Below the pieces are notes generated by a model. The model made no database searches, was not told where the DNA came from, and was given only the letters and a program-made list of their open reading frames with translations. The position numbers were made by a program, and so were the translations under genes. 53,556 nt of DNA from Alphaproteobacteria bacterium (GTDB lineage: Bacteria > Pseudomonadota > Alphaproteobacteria > Rickettsiales > 21-14-0-20-44-7), in NCBI GenBank assembly GCA_013288575.1, contig JABDBO010000001.1, positions 91-53,646 of the forward strand, given 5' to 3'. Of this stretch, positions 32,652 through 41,793 are shown in pieces. The stretch's first letter is position 1; each line of letters begins with the position of its first letter.

Positions 32652-34247
32652 ATGGATTTAAGGAAGAAGAAAGGTAAGGCAATCAAGAATCAGTTCGTCT
32701 TAAGCGTGGGCGATGAAGGTGCCATTCTCTGCCATTATCATGATGGATCGCTCGCTAACCGGTTTTTTGTTGATTCGCCATATTCGCCTGATGTCAAACT
32801 CATAGAAAAGCTCACCTCGACTTATCCGAAATCACCAATCAGTATATTGGTCGATGTTATCGAGCAAAACTACTCGCAGCAGGTTTTACCCCCGGTTTCA
32901 TCATGGGGTGTAAAGCAGCAAGTCAAACGCCGGATTAAGCGTGATTTTCAACCAAATGATCTTAATAATACGCTATTGCTTGAAAGATCAAAAGAAGGCC
33001 GCCGTGATTGGAATTTTCTATTTATTTCCCTCGCAAATAGTGATCCGTTTGCTAAATGGCTGGAAATCGTATTAGCGCAAAAAAATGATTTTAAAGGCGT
33101 TTTCCTTTTACCAATTGAAGCAACCGAATTTACTAAAGATCTTTATTCGGTTTCGCTCAAAGAAAACCAAGGCGAATGGAAGCTTTTAGTTTTGCACAAT
33201 AAGGTTGGTGGTTTTCGTATTGTTGCTTTTAAAAATGGCAAATTGATTTTCACACGACTCGCGCAGAATTTAATCGGCGACAATATCGCAGAAATTGTTG
33301 TTGGTAACATGGAGCAGGAAATTTCCAACACGGTAGAATATTTAAAGCGCCTTGCTTTTAAAGGTGAAGCAGATAGCCATTTAACAATTATAGCTGGCGC
33401 TGATATCCTGCAAAAGATTGATCCCAAAACTCTAAAATTCGGGCAGGTTGATTTAATTACTCCATTTGAAGCATCAGAGAAATTAAACTTACCGGAAGCT
33501 GTTACTGATAAAGATAAATTTGCCGATGTATTACTCGCGACCTATTTTTCCAGTTCTAAAAAACATGTTTTAAAATTTACTTCTAACGTTACGCAAAAAG
33601 TTGAGGCGTTATATAATTCCATTAAAGGAATTTATGCAGCTGCCGCGCTAATATCTCTTATAATCATAGGTTTTGCCGCATCTGATGCTTATGATATAAA
33701 GCAGAAATTGGACGATAAAGATCAGGCCGACGCGCATTTGTTGCAATCAACAAATATGTTAAGTGCAGCCAAGGCAAAGAAAGATAAACTACCAAAAAAT
33801 ATCGATAAGATGCTCGATATTATGAGTTTATCTAAAATGCTTTCGGAAGATAAGCTCAGAGAAATAAAACTTATAAGCGACATTGCGCCGGTATTTAATG
33901 ATAAATTTACAGTTACGTCGGTTGAGTATGTCAGCCGTTTACCTGATGCTGCGAGCACGTCAAACCATCCAAAGGCAGATGCTCAAGCGGGAGATAGCAC
34001 TAAGACATCTTCTTTTACATTTTCAATTGATATGAATTTTTATATCTCTGCTCATGACCAAGATTTGATGAACAACATAAGCGGTAATTTTTTAAATCAG
34101 ATTGCGGCGTTATTTCCTAATTATAAAGTTTCCTACGCATCTCCTCCACTAGTGCCAACGCAAGGGCAATATGAATCAATTGTTCCATCTGATGATGGCC
34201 ACATATTTCCTGTTTCTGCTAAAATTTTGATAACAGGAGAGCTCTGA
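32652..34247 (+). CDS. Bitopic protein with PilM-PilN / GspL-like architecture, 531 aa
   Basis: A ~320-aa cytoplasmic part starts FVLSVGDEGAIL, which is like the first strand of an actin-like ATPase fold. A single TM helix follows (IYAAAALISLIIIGFAA), then a coiled coil and a ~150-aa periplasmic domain. It sits between the GspF-like and PilO/GspM-like genes. Confidence 0.5.
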   Translation: MDLRKKKGKAIKNQFVLSVGDEGAILCHYHDGSLANRFFVDSPYSPDVKLIEKLTSTYPKSPISILVDVIEQNYSQQVLPPVSSWGVKQQVKRRIKRDFQPNDLNNTLLLERSKEGRRDWNFLFISLANSDPFAKWLEIVLAQKNDFKGVFLLPIEATEFTKDLYSVSLKENQGEWKLLVLHNKVGGFRIVAFKNGKLIFTRLAQNLIGDNIAEIVVGNMEQEISNTVEYLKRLAFKGEADSHLTIIAGADILQKIDPKTLKFGQVDLITPFEASEKLNLPEAVTDKDKFADVLLATYFSSSKKHVLKFTSNVTQKVEALYNSIKGIYAAAALISLIIIGFAASDAYDIKQKLDDKDQADAHLLQSTNMLSAAKAKKDKLPKNIDKMLDIMSLSKMLSEDKLREIKLISDIAPVFNDKFTVTSVEYVSRLPDAASTSNHPKADAQAGDSTKTSSFTFSIDMNFYISAHDQDLMNNISGNFLNQIAALFPNYKVSYASPPLVPTQGQYESIVPSDDGHIFPVSAKILITGEL

Positions 34248-34972
34248 TGAAATTTCAGCAATTGCAGAAACGAGTAATTAAAATTGGGGTTGTATGCACA
34301 GCCATAGTTATTTTGTTGGGAATTGGCTATTATTTTGTTTCTAATTATCAAGATAAACTTGTCCAGCAAATTGCTGAAGAGAAATCTAAAACCTCGGCTA
34401 ATCAAGCCCAGACTAAAATTATTGAAAAACAAGTTTTAGATGCCAAAGATGCGCTGGTTTTTTATAATGACTTCAATGACTCAGGCAACTCCGATCCGCA
34501 AAATTTCCGTCGTGATTTCGCCAAAAACCTGCTCATGAAACTTAAAGATAGCAATAATATTATGGATTTGAAATTCACTATGGATCAGTTCACTAAACTA
34601 GGTGACCAATATACAAAACCGACAGTTGCTGTATATTCGAGCAAGGTTAGTGTGCCATTTTCGGCGATTTCTGATATTGATGCATATAACCTGATTAAAA
34701 ATATCAGCGATGCATTTCCTGGCGATGTGAAAATTTTATCTTACAATGTGAAAAAAACTAGGGACATAAATGACGAAAATCTTATACAACTTAGTACGGG
34801 CTCGCTTCCTGATGGATTTATAACTGGAGAGATGACCTTCGAATGGCGAAGCATTCAAGATAACCCTGATTATAAAGCTAAAGCTGAGGGCCAAGCGCCT
34901 AATGCTAATGCAAAACCTCGTGCAGCTACACCACCGCGTCTAAATCCACTTAAGGCGGCACCAAATGGCTAG
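34247..34972 (+). CDS. PilO/GspM-like bitopic protein, 241 aa
   Basis: Short cytoplasmic N-terminus, a single TM helix (IGVVCTAIVILLGIGYYFV), a coiled coil and a compact periplasmic domain. Its start overlaps the upstream stop (TGATG). Confidence 0.5.
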   Translation: MKFQQLQKRVIKIGVVCTAIVILLGIGYYFVSNYQDKLVQQIAEEKSKTSANQAQTKIIEKQVLDAKDALVFYNDFNDSGNSDPQNFRRDFAKNLLMKLKDSNNIMDLKFTMDQFTKLGDQYTKPTVAVYSSKVSVPFSAISDIDAYNLIKNISDAFPGDVKILSYNVKKTRDINDENLIQLSTGSLPDGFITGEMTFEWRSIQDNPDYKAKAEGQAPNANAKPRAATPPRLNPLKAAPNG

Positions 34973-36521
34973 ATTTTATAAATATATATCTTGTCTTGCG
35001 GTGCTTAGTGTTATGGTACCGGCACTATCATTAGCTGTTGATAATCAACCGGCCGCGCCAACTGCAACTGAGCAGCCATCAATTATACAAGCATCGCCTT
35101 CAGCGCCTACGCCAACTGTAGCAACAACGCCAGCACCTACTTTGGCCCCAGTTCCAGATAATTCTGCGACACCAGTGCCTGCTGCTATATCAGCGCCTCA
35201 AACTGCACAAACTGCTCCGCCCCAAGCTCCTATTGCGCCAAGAACTTTAAAATCAATTACTGACACAATTCCAAACAATAATAATAAACCATCAGTGCCG
35301 ATAGTAGTGAATTTTGACAAAAGTTTGATGTTTAAAAAGGAAGATCTTAGTAAAGCTAGGATGATTTATAATGCCTATATGGGAAGGCAAAAAAATAATC
35401 AGGCTGTTGTTAAAAATGATGAGGATAGTAAAGTTGATGAAATTCTTGGCCGTCTTGCACGAGATAAAAAGGAGCTGCCAAAACCGCCAAATGGAATTTA
35501 TTTAAATTCGATATTATTCCGCTCAGCTGGGCAAGCAGAAGCTTGGATCAATGGAAAAAAATATGAAATTTCAGGCGTAGAAAACGGAATTAAATTGGCA
35601 GACGTTTCGCCATACCGCGCAAATATTATTTTTGATAGTTCTCGCTACGATTTTGATTTCAATAAATGGGTAGATGCGTTTAGCGGTGATCCAAATTCGC
35701 TGCCGCCAAACCGTAAAGATATAAAGGTTGATACAACAACACATTCAATTATGTTTTCTCTCCATCCTAACCAGCGCCTTGATTTTAATGAATTAGCGAT
35801 AAAAGAAGGCAAGCCGCTACTGGTTAAAGAAGGAAGTAAACCTGCTGATGGTAAACAAGCAAATGATAAGTCACTCAATGGTAAACCATTGGCTAATAAT
35901 GCGCCGATAGATGGTAAGGATTCGTTCGTTGAAAATGTGCCTGCTAATGAATTTTTCAAAACTCCGCAAGAGATGATGAAGATGCTTGATGAATGCCAGA
36001 AAGACCCTTCAGCACCCGACTGCGTTAATAAAATCAAGCCAAATACTAAATATGAAATCCGCTATGCTCAGGATAAAAACGGCAATAATATTAAAGATAA
36101 GGATGGCAACCTAATTGTTGAGCAAAGTGATGTGCCGGATATGCCTGCGGCAAAACAAGCGAATTTTAAAGTTGCGCCAGATGGGCATTTTTACATTCCA
36201 GCTGATTTAAACCAACAAACAATCAATTTCAAAGTTGATACTGGGGCAACAATTACTGCCATTTCAATTGATGATGCGAAAAAAGCGGGGATTGATGTGG
36301 GCAAGCTTAATTATAACCAAGACGTAAAATTAGCCGATGGTACAATTGTAAAAGCGGCAATGACCACGATAGATAATTTTGCGGTAGGGCCAATTAAATT
36401 ATCTGCTGTGAATATATTAGTTGCGCAAGGCACGATGGACCAACCGTTACTTGGTATGAGCTTCTTCAATAAGTTAAAACGCTTTACGATTGAAGGCGAT
36501 ACACTTACTTTGTTCCAATAA
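34965..36521 (+). CDS. Secreted or anchored protein with a Pro/Ala/Thr-rich linker, a GspB/PilP/MshK-like ING motif and a C-terminal retropepsin-like aspartic protease domain
   Basis: Signal peptide (ISCLAVLSVMVPALSLA), with the P/A/T-rich linker at residues ~28-95. LNSILFRSAGQAEAWINGKKYEISGVENGIKLADV spans 35490-35639. INFKVDTGATITAI has its catalytic Asp codon at 36237-36239, and LLGMSFFNKL lies near the C-terminus. Confidence 0.7.
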   Translation: MARFYKYISCLAVLSVMVPALSLAVDNQPAAPTATEQPSIIQASPSAPTPTVATTPAPTLAPVPDNSATPVPAAISAPQTAQTAPPQAPIAPRTLKSITDTIPNNNNKPSVPIVVNFDKSLMFKKEDLSKARMIYNAYMGRQKNNQAVVKNDEDSKVDEILGRLARDKKELPKPPNGIYLNSILFRSAGQAEAWINGKKYEISGVENGIKLADVSPYRANIIFDSSRYDFDFNKWVDAFSGDPNSLPPNRKDIKVDTTTHSIMFSLHPNQRLDFNELAIKEGKPLLVKEGSKPADGKQANDKSLNGKPLANNAPIDGKDSFVENVPANEFFKTPQEMMKMLDECQKDPSAPDCVNKIKPNTKYEIRYAQDKNGNNIKDKDGNLIVEQSDVPDMPAAKQANFKVAPDGHFYIPADLNQQTINFKVDTGATITAISIDDAKKAGIDVGKLNYNQDVKLADGTIVKAAMTTIDNFAVGPIKLSAVNILVAQGTMDQPLLGMSFFNKLKRFTIEGDTLTLFQ

Positions 36522-36611
36522 TTGCGCCTGTCTGGGGCTACTGGCTATCCAATGATCATTGCTTAAAGGCTGGTTGGCTTACTGTTCATATTTATTTTTC
36601 AATCTAAAATC

Positions 36612-36640
36612 TTGCAAAACATAGGCAAATAATGTTTTAT
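36612..36640 (+). promoter_or_regulatory. Putative sigma70-type promoter of lysK (TTGCAA-N17-TTTTAT)
   Basis: I read the hexamers directly. The -10 element ends 8 nt before the ATG and no SD is present. Confidence 0.3.
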
Positions 36641-36648
36641 GCTGCGCT

Positions 36649-38187
36649 ATGACTGATTATTCCCAAGCAAAATCCTGGCCCTTCATTGAGGCTCGTAAAA
36701 TTCTAGACCGCGTTACCAAAACGCCGCCGAAAAAAGGCTATGTGCTTTTTGAAACCGGCTATGGCCCATCGGGTTTGCCGCATATCGGAACATTTGGTGA
36801 AGTTGCGCGCACAACTATGGTGCGCCATGCTTTTCAGCAATTGTCCGATCTTCCAACCAAATTATTCTCAGTTTCCGATGATATGGATGGGCTCCGCAAA
36901 GTGCCGGAAAATTTACCAAACCAAAAAATGCTCGAAGAAAATTTGGGCAAACCATTTACCAGCGTACCTGATCCGTTTGGCACCCATGAAAGCTTCGGCG
37001 CGCATATGAATTCGCGCCTACGCGCGTTTCTCGACCATTTCGGTTTTGATTATGAATTTAAAAGCGCTACCGATCTTTACAAAAACGGCACTTTTGATGC
37101 TACGCTTTTAACCGCGTTAAAACGCTATGACGCGATCATGAAAATCATGATTCCAACCTTGGGGCCAGAACGCCAGGCGACTTATTCACCGTTTTTACCC
37201 ATCAGCCCAAAAACGGGCAGGGTGCTTTATGTGCCTACAATTCCAAATGCTGAAAAAGGCACAATCAGTTTCAAAGACGAAGATGGAACTGAAACCGAAC
37301 TGCCAGTCACCGAGGGTCACTGCAAACTCCAGTGGAAACCGGATTTCGGCATGCGTTGGGCAGCACTTGATGTTGATTTTGAAATGTATGGCAAAGACCA
37401 CTTGGTCAACGGTAAAATCTATTCCGCTATATGCAAAACGCTAGGTGGCACCCCACCTGAGCAATTTAATTTCGAATTATTCCTCGACGAAAAAGGCGAA
37501 AAAATTTCCAAATCGAAAGGTAACGGCCTCACGATTGATCAGTGGCTCACCTACGCAAGCTCTGAAAGCCTTGCGCAATATATGTTCGTCAATCCACAGA
37601 AAGCGAAAAAATTATATTTTGATGTCATTCCGAAAAACGTTGATGAATATTTGACCTGGGTAAAAAAATATAATGAAGCGCCAGATGTTGATAACCCAGC
37701 ATGGCATGTGCATAGCGGCAAAGTTCCAAAAGTCGAGAGCGACATTACTTTTGCATTGCTCATCAACCTGGCCAGTGCCTGCAACCCGGAAGATAAATTA
37801 ATCCTTTGGGGCTTCATCAGCAAATATGATGCGAACGCAAACCCGGCAACCTGCCCGATGCTCGATAAACTTGCCGGTTACGCGGTAAAATATTATGATG
37901 ATTTCGTAAAACCGCACAAAAAATACCGTACGCCAAGCGAAAAAGAAAAGGCTGCATTTATTGAGCTTGCAGATGAAATGCCAAAACTTCCGGAGCCAAA
38001 CGCACAAACTATTCAGCAGTTAGTTTACGATATCGGCACGAAACATGGTTTTGAGAATATGCGTGAATGGTTCTCGGCAATTTACGAAGTGCTTTTAGGT
38101 GCGGAACAAGGCCCGCGCGCAGGCAGTTTCTTTGCCCTATTTGGCGTGAAAGAAAGCGTTGCTTTAATACATAGTAAGACAAAATAG
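36649..38187 (+). CDS. lysK: Lysine--tRNA ligase, class I
   Basis: 512 aa with GLPHIGTFGEV (HIGH-type) and KISKSKGNG (KMSKS-type). These are typical of the class I LysRS found in alphaproteobacteria. Confidence 0.92.
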   Translation: MTDYSQAKSWPFIEARKILDRVTKTPPKKGYVLFETGYGPSGLPHIGTFGEVARTTMVRHAFQQLSDLPTKLFSVSDDMDGLRKVPENLPNQKMLEENLGKPFTSVPDPFGTHESFGAHMNSRLRAFLDHFGFDYEFKSATDLYKNGTFDATLLTALKRYDAIMKIMIPTLGPERQATYSPFLPISPKTGRVLYVPTIPNAEKGTISFKDEDGTETELPVTEGHCKLQWKPDFGMRWAALDVDFEMYGKDHLVNGKIYSAICKTLGGTPPEQFNFELFLDEKGEKISKSKGNGLTIDQWLTYASSESLAQYMFVNPQKAKKLYFDVIPKNVDEYLTWVKKYNEAPDVDNPAWHVHSGKVPKVESDITFALLINLASACNPEDKLILWGFISKYDANANPATCPMLDKLAGYAVKYYDDFVKPHKKYRTPSEKEKAAFIELADEMPKLPEPNAQTIQQLVYDIGTKHGFENMREWFSAIYEVLLGAEQGPRAGSFFALFGVKESVALIHSKTK

Positions 38188-38216
38188 CATCATTGCGAGA
38201 CGGCAGGACGGAAGGG

Positions 38217-38235
38217 GCAATCTAGACTGGATTGC
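38217..38235. terminator. Hairpin GCAATC-tagactg-GATTGC downstream of lysK
   Basis: 6-bp stem. An upstream ATTGC (38192-38196) could pair alternatively with GCAAT. There is no T-run, so terminator function is uncertain. Confidence 0.3.
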
Positions 38236-38286
38236 AACGTTTGGTGAATTCGTATACAAGCTAGGCAGAAAACCTTAATAATGCGC

Positions 38287-38313
38287 TTGACTATTTTTCA
38301 TGAGCGCTATACT
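38287..38313 (+). promoter_or_regulatory. Putative promoter of petABC (TTGACT-N15-TATACT)
   Basis: I read the hexamers directly. The spacer is short at 15 nt. The -10 element ends 11 nt before the petA ATG and no SD is present. Confidence 0.3.
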
Positions 38314-38324
38314 TAAGCCCAATT

Positions 38325-38879
38325 ATGGCAAAAGATTCGACAAAAAATACTAGTTGCGGCGACGGCGAAGTTTGTGACCCGTCTAAGCGTGATTTTATGG
38401 TGCTGGCTGCTAACGGCCTAGGCGTTGTTGGTGCATGCACAGTGGCATGGCCGCTAATTGACAGCATGAACCCTTCGCAGGATGTTCTGGCGCAAAGCTC
38501 AGTTGAAGTTGATATTTCTTCCGTTCAACCCGGCCAGCAGAAAAAAGCCATGTGGCGCGGCAAGCCGATTTTCGTTTATCGCCGCACGCCACAACAGATT
38601 GCTGACGCTAATAAAGTTGATGTTGCGTCGTTACGCGACCCGCAAACTGATAAAGAACGCACCAAACCAAACCATGAAGAATGGCTGGTTGTAGTTGGCG
38701 TTTGCACGCATTTGGGATGCATCCCGATTGTGGGTGAGGGCGAATTCGGCGGCTGGTTCTGCCCATGCCACGGTTCGCAATATGATATCGCCGGCCGTAT
38801 CCGCAAAGGCCCGGCCCCGCAGAATCTTGTGGTTCCACCATATGAATTCATTAACGACAAAACTATTAGGATTGGCTAA
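38325..38879 (+). CDS. petA: Ubiquinol-cytochrome c reductase iron-sulfur (Rieske) subunit
   Basis: CTHLGC and CPCHGS cluster-binding boxes, and an N-terminal TM/Tat-like segment. Confidence 0.95.
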   Translation: MAKDSTKNTSCGDGEVCDPSKRDFMVLAANGLGVVGACTVAWPLIDSMNPSQDVLAQSSVEVDISSVQPGQQKKAMWRGKPIFVYRRTPQQIADANKVDVASLRDPQTDKERTKPNHEEWLVVVGVCTHLGCIPIVGEGEFGGWFCPCHGSQYDIAGRIRKGPAPQNLVVPPYEFINDKTIRIG

Positions 38880-40093
38880 TGTCTGACCCTTTGGCACCAA
38901 AAGCACCGCAAGAAAAAGGCATTATTGGCTGGATAAATTACCGCCTGCCGATTTTTGATTTTACTAAAAGCCTGCAAGATTATCTTACTCCGAAAAACCT
39001 CAATTATTTCTGGAGTTTCGGTTCGATTGCCGGCGTTTGCCTGATGATTCAGATCATCACCGGTATCGTTTTGGCCATGCATTACACCCCGCAAACCGGC
39101 CATGCGTTTGAATCTGTCGAACATATTATGCGTGATGTCAATTACGGTTGGCTCTTGCGCTACACCCACGCAGTTGGCGCTTCGATGTTTTTCGTCACTG
39201 TCTATATCCATATTTTCCGCGCCTTTTATTATGGCTCATATAAAAACCCGCGTGAGCTTTTATGGTTCATCGGCGTAATTATTTTGCTAGCCATGATGGC
39301 CGCGGCTTTCATGGGCTACGTATTACCTTGGGGCCAGATGAGCCTTTGGGGCGCGACGGTTATTACCAGCTTCTTCGATAAAATTCCGGTAATCGGCACG
39401 GCGATCGGCACATGGCTGCGTGGCGGTTTCTCAGTTGATAATGCTACACTCAACCGTTTCTTCGCATTACACTATCTGGTTCCTTTCATAATTTTGGGCC
39501 TTGTAGTTATCCATATTTGGGCGTTGCACCACCACGGTTCGAGCAACCCGACCGGCGTTGAAGTGAAATCTAAAAAAGACGTAATTCCTTTCCACCCATA
39601 TTACACTATTAAAGATTGCTTCGGATTCGGCGTGTTCTTCATCATCTTCGCCATTTTCATTTTCTTCATCCCGAATTACCTCGGCCACCCGGATAACTAC
39701 ATTCCGGCTGATCCGATGGTAACGCCGCCGCACATTGTACCTGAATGGTATTTCCTGCCGTTCTACGCAATTTTGCGCTCTATACCTAACGCATTCTTGG
39801 GCGTTGTGGCGATGTTCTCATCAATTGCCGTGTTATTCTTCCTGCCTTGGCTTGATACTTCCAAAGTCCGCAGCGGTAGGTATCGCCCGGTGTTTAAAGT
39901 GTTCTTCTGGGTTTTCTTGGTTGACGTTTTGTTCCTCGGTTTCATCGGTGAATCACCGGCTGAAGGCTGGTATGTTGTCGGCGGACGCATAGCTACACTT
40001 TATTACTTCTTCCATTTCCTCGTGCTTCTGCCAGTAATCGGCAAGCTCGAAACAACACGTCCGGTTCCGGCGTCACTTAGCGAGGCCAAATAA
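38879..40093 (+). CDS. petB: Cytochrome b
   Basis: 404 aa polytopic protein with heme-ligand His contexts ([20 protein letters not shown]) and a PEWYFL motif. Confidence 0.95.
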   Translation: MSDPLAPKAPQEKGIIGWINYRLPIFDFTKSLQDYLTPKNLNYFWSFGSIAGVCLMIQIITGIVLAMHYTPQTGHAFESVEHIMRDVNYGWLLRYTHAVGASMFFVTVYIHIFRAFYYGSYKNPRELLWFIGVIILLAMMAAAFMGYVLPWGQMSLWGATVITSFFDKIPVIGTAIGTWLRGGFSVDNATLNRFFALHYLVPFIILGLVVIHIWALHHHGSSNPTGVEVKSKKDVIPFHPYYTIKDCFGFGVFFIIFAIFIFFIPNYLGHPDNYIPADPMVTPPHIVPEWYFLPFYAILRSIPNAFLGVVAMFSSIAVLFFLPWLDTSKVRSGRYRPVFKVFFWVFLVDVLFLGFIGESPAEGWYVVGGRIATLYYFFHFLVLLPVIGKLETTRPVPASLSEAK

Positions 40094-40094
40094 T

Positions 40095-40901
40095 ATGAAC
40101 CAGAGATTAAGCACGGTTTTAGTCGGTTTACTCAGCGCATTTTTCCTTATCTCAGCGTTGATGTACGTATCAAACTTTGGCTTTAAAGCCCCAGAGCCGG
40201 TGAGCCACGCCAAAAAAGAAATGCCAAAACCGCAGCAATGGAGTTTTGATGGCCCGCTTGGCACTTTTGATAAACAATCAATCCAACGTGGTTATAAAGT
40301 TTACAAAGAAGTTTGCTCAGCCTGCCATTCAATGAAACTGGTGGCTTTCCGCAACTTAAAAGGCGCTGGTTTCTCTGATGCTGAAATAAAAGCAATTGCT
40401 GCTGATTATACATATCCATCAGTCGGTGAAGATGGCAGCAATGTTGACCGCAAAGGCCTGCCTTCTGACCATTTCAAATCCCCGTTCGAAACCAAAGAAG
40501 CTGCCGCTGCTGCAAACGGTGGTGCTGCTCCACCAGATCTTTCTCTCATGGCAAAAGCGCGTGAAGATGGCCCTAACTATATTTATTCAATCCTCACCGG
40601 CTATGGCAAAACTCCGCCATCTGACCTGCAAGTGCCAAGCGGAAAGTATTTCAACCCATATTATTCCGGCCAGGTGATTTCAATGCCGCAACCGCTCAAA
40701 GAAAATCAGGTGGATTTCCAAGACGGCACCAAGGCGACTATTTCCCAAGAAGCGCATGACGTTGTAAACTTCCTCCAATATACAGCCGAACCAGAAATGG
40801 AGCTGCGCAAACGCATGGGCCTAAAAGTGGTTGTATTCCTTGGAATTATGACGGTATTTTTCTATATCGCTAAACTCCGCATCTGGGCGCGCGTGCACTA
40901 A
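40095..40901 (+). CDS. petC: Cytochrome c1
   Basis: CSACHS heme-binding motif, PPDLS, and a C-terminal TM anchor. Confidence 0.93.
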   Translation: MNQRLSTVLVGLLSAFFLISALMYVSNFGFKAPEPVSHAKKEMPKPQQWSFDGPLGTFDKQSIQRGYKVYKEVCSACHSMKLVAFRNLKGAGFSDAEIKAIAADYTYPSVGEDGSNVDRKGLPSDHFKSPFETKEAAAAANGGAAPPDLSLMAKAREDGPNYIYSILTGYGKTPPSDLQVPSGKYFNPYYSGQVISMPQPLKENQVDFQDGTKATISQEAHDVVNFLQYTAEPEMELRKRMGLKVVVFLGIMTVFFYIAKLRIWARVH

Positions 40902-41049
40902 AATTCTACTATGCTGAGTATCTACTTGTAATTTTTGCGCTGCCAACTCCGTATAAATGGATTTTTATATTCTCGGGTAGTTTCCATATAGAATTTTTAT
41001 CAATATCTGTGCCAAACTTTTCTTATAATTCAATACCCAAGGAGGGTTT

Positions 41050-41337
41050 ATGGCTAACCAAAAAAATAAAGCAACTGTTCTTCACGACTTGAATGACATT
41101 AAAGATAATATGGATATCGACCAGTTGAAATCTCGCGCCCGCCAATCGGCAAAAGACCTGCATAATTTCGCCAGCCGCATTAGCACATTAGCGCATGATT
41201 TTATGGATGTGGCCAATGATGAACTTAGCGAGCGCAAAGAAAAGCTCGCGACTCGCGTTACCCAAAAACCATTGCAGGCAATTGCAATTGCTTTCGGTGC
41301 GGGTTACGTGGTGCGCGCAATTTTCGGCCGCCGCTAG
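41050..41337 (+). CDS. DUF883/ElaB-YqjD family tail-anchored protein
   Basis: 95 aa with a helical N-terminal part and a C-terminal anchor, KPLQAIAIAFGAGYVVRAIFGRR. A GGAGGG SD lies upstream. Confidence 0.7.
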   Translation: MANQKNKATVLHDLNDIKDNMDIDQLKSRARQSAKDLHNFASRISTLAHDFMDVANDELSERKEKLATRVTQKPLQAIAIAFGAGYVVRAIFGRR

Positions 41338-41340
41338 AAG

Positions 41341-41793
41341 CTAAAAAGTTTTCAAAAACTTATGCAGCCGGGTAGTGCCGAAAGGAATTTCGGTCTCCGG
41401 CTGTTTTTTGAAGCCGTGTTTCTCATAAAACTTTTCTGAATACGGATGCGCAATCAACCAGATATAATTATGCGTTGGACGAATCGCGCTTTCAGCAAAT
41501 TTCAATAATGCGCTGCCAACACCGCTGCTCTGAATTTCCGGCAGGGTAAATAAATAAGCCAGATATGCACCTTTCCAACTGACAAAACCAGCTTCAACAC
41601 CATTGTGCAAATAGATGTAAATTTCATGATTATCAAAATCATTCTGTACATCCATCGTTGCCCATGCATCAGCGGCAATTTGCAATTCTTGTTTGTTCCA
41701 AAAAGTTTCCGGTTGCGCCAGAATAGTTCGTGCACGAATTTCGCCAAGTAACCGCAAATCATCTCTGGTAGCTTTTCTTAGAGCGAGTTCCAT
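41341..41793 (-). CDS. GNAT family N-acetyltransferase
   Basis: 150 aa with the acetyl-CoA-binding-type motif [13 protein letters not shown] and YEKHGF. Confidence 0.75.
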   Translation of the reverse strand: MELALRKATRDDLRLLGEIRARTILAQPETFWNKQELQIAADAWATMDVQNDFDNHEIYIYLHNGVEAGFVSWKGAYLAYLFTLPEIQSSGVGSALLKFAESAIRPTHNYIWLIAHPYSEKFYEKHGFKKQPETEIPFGTTRLHKFLKTF

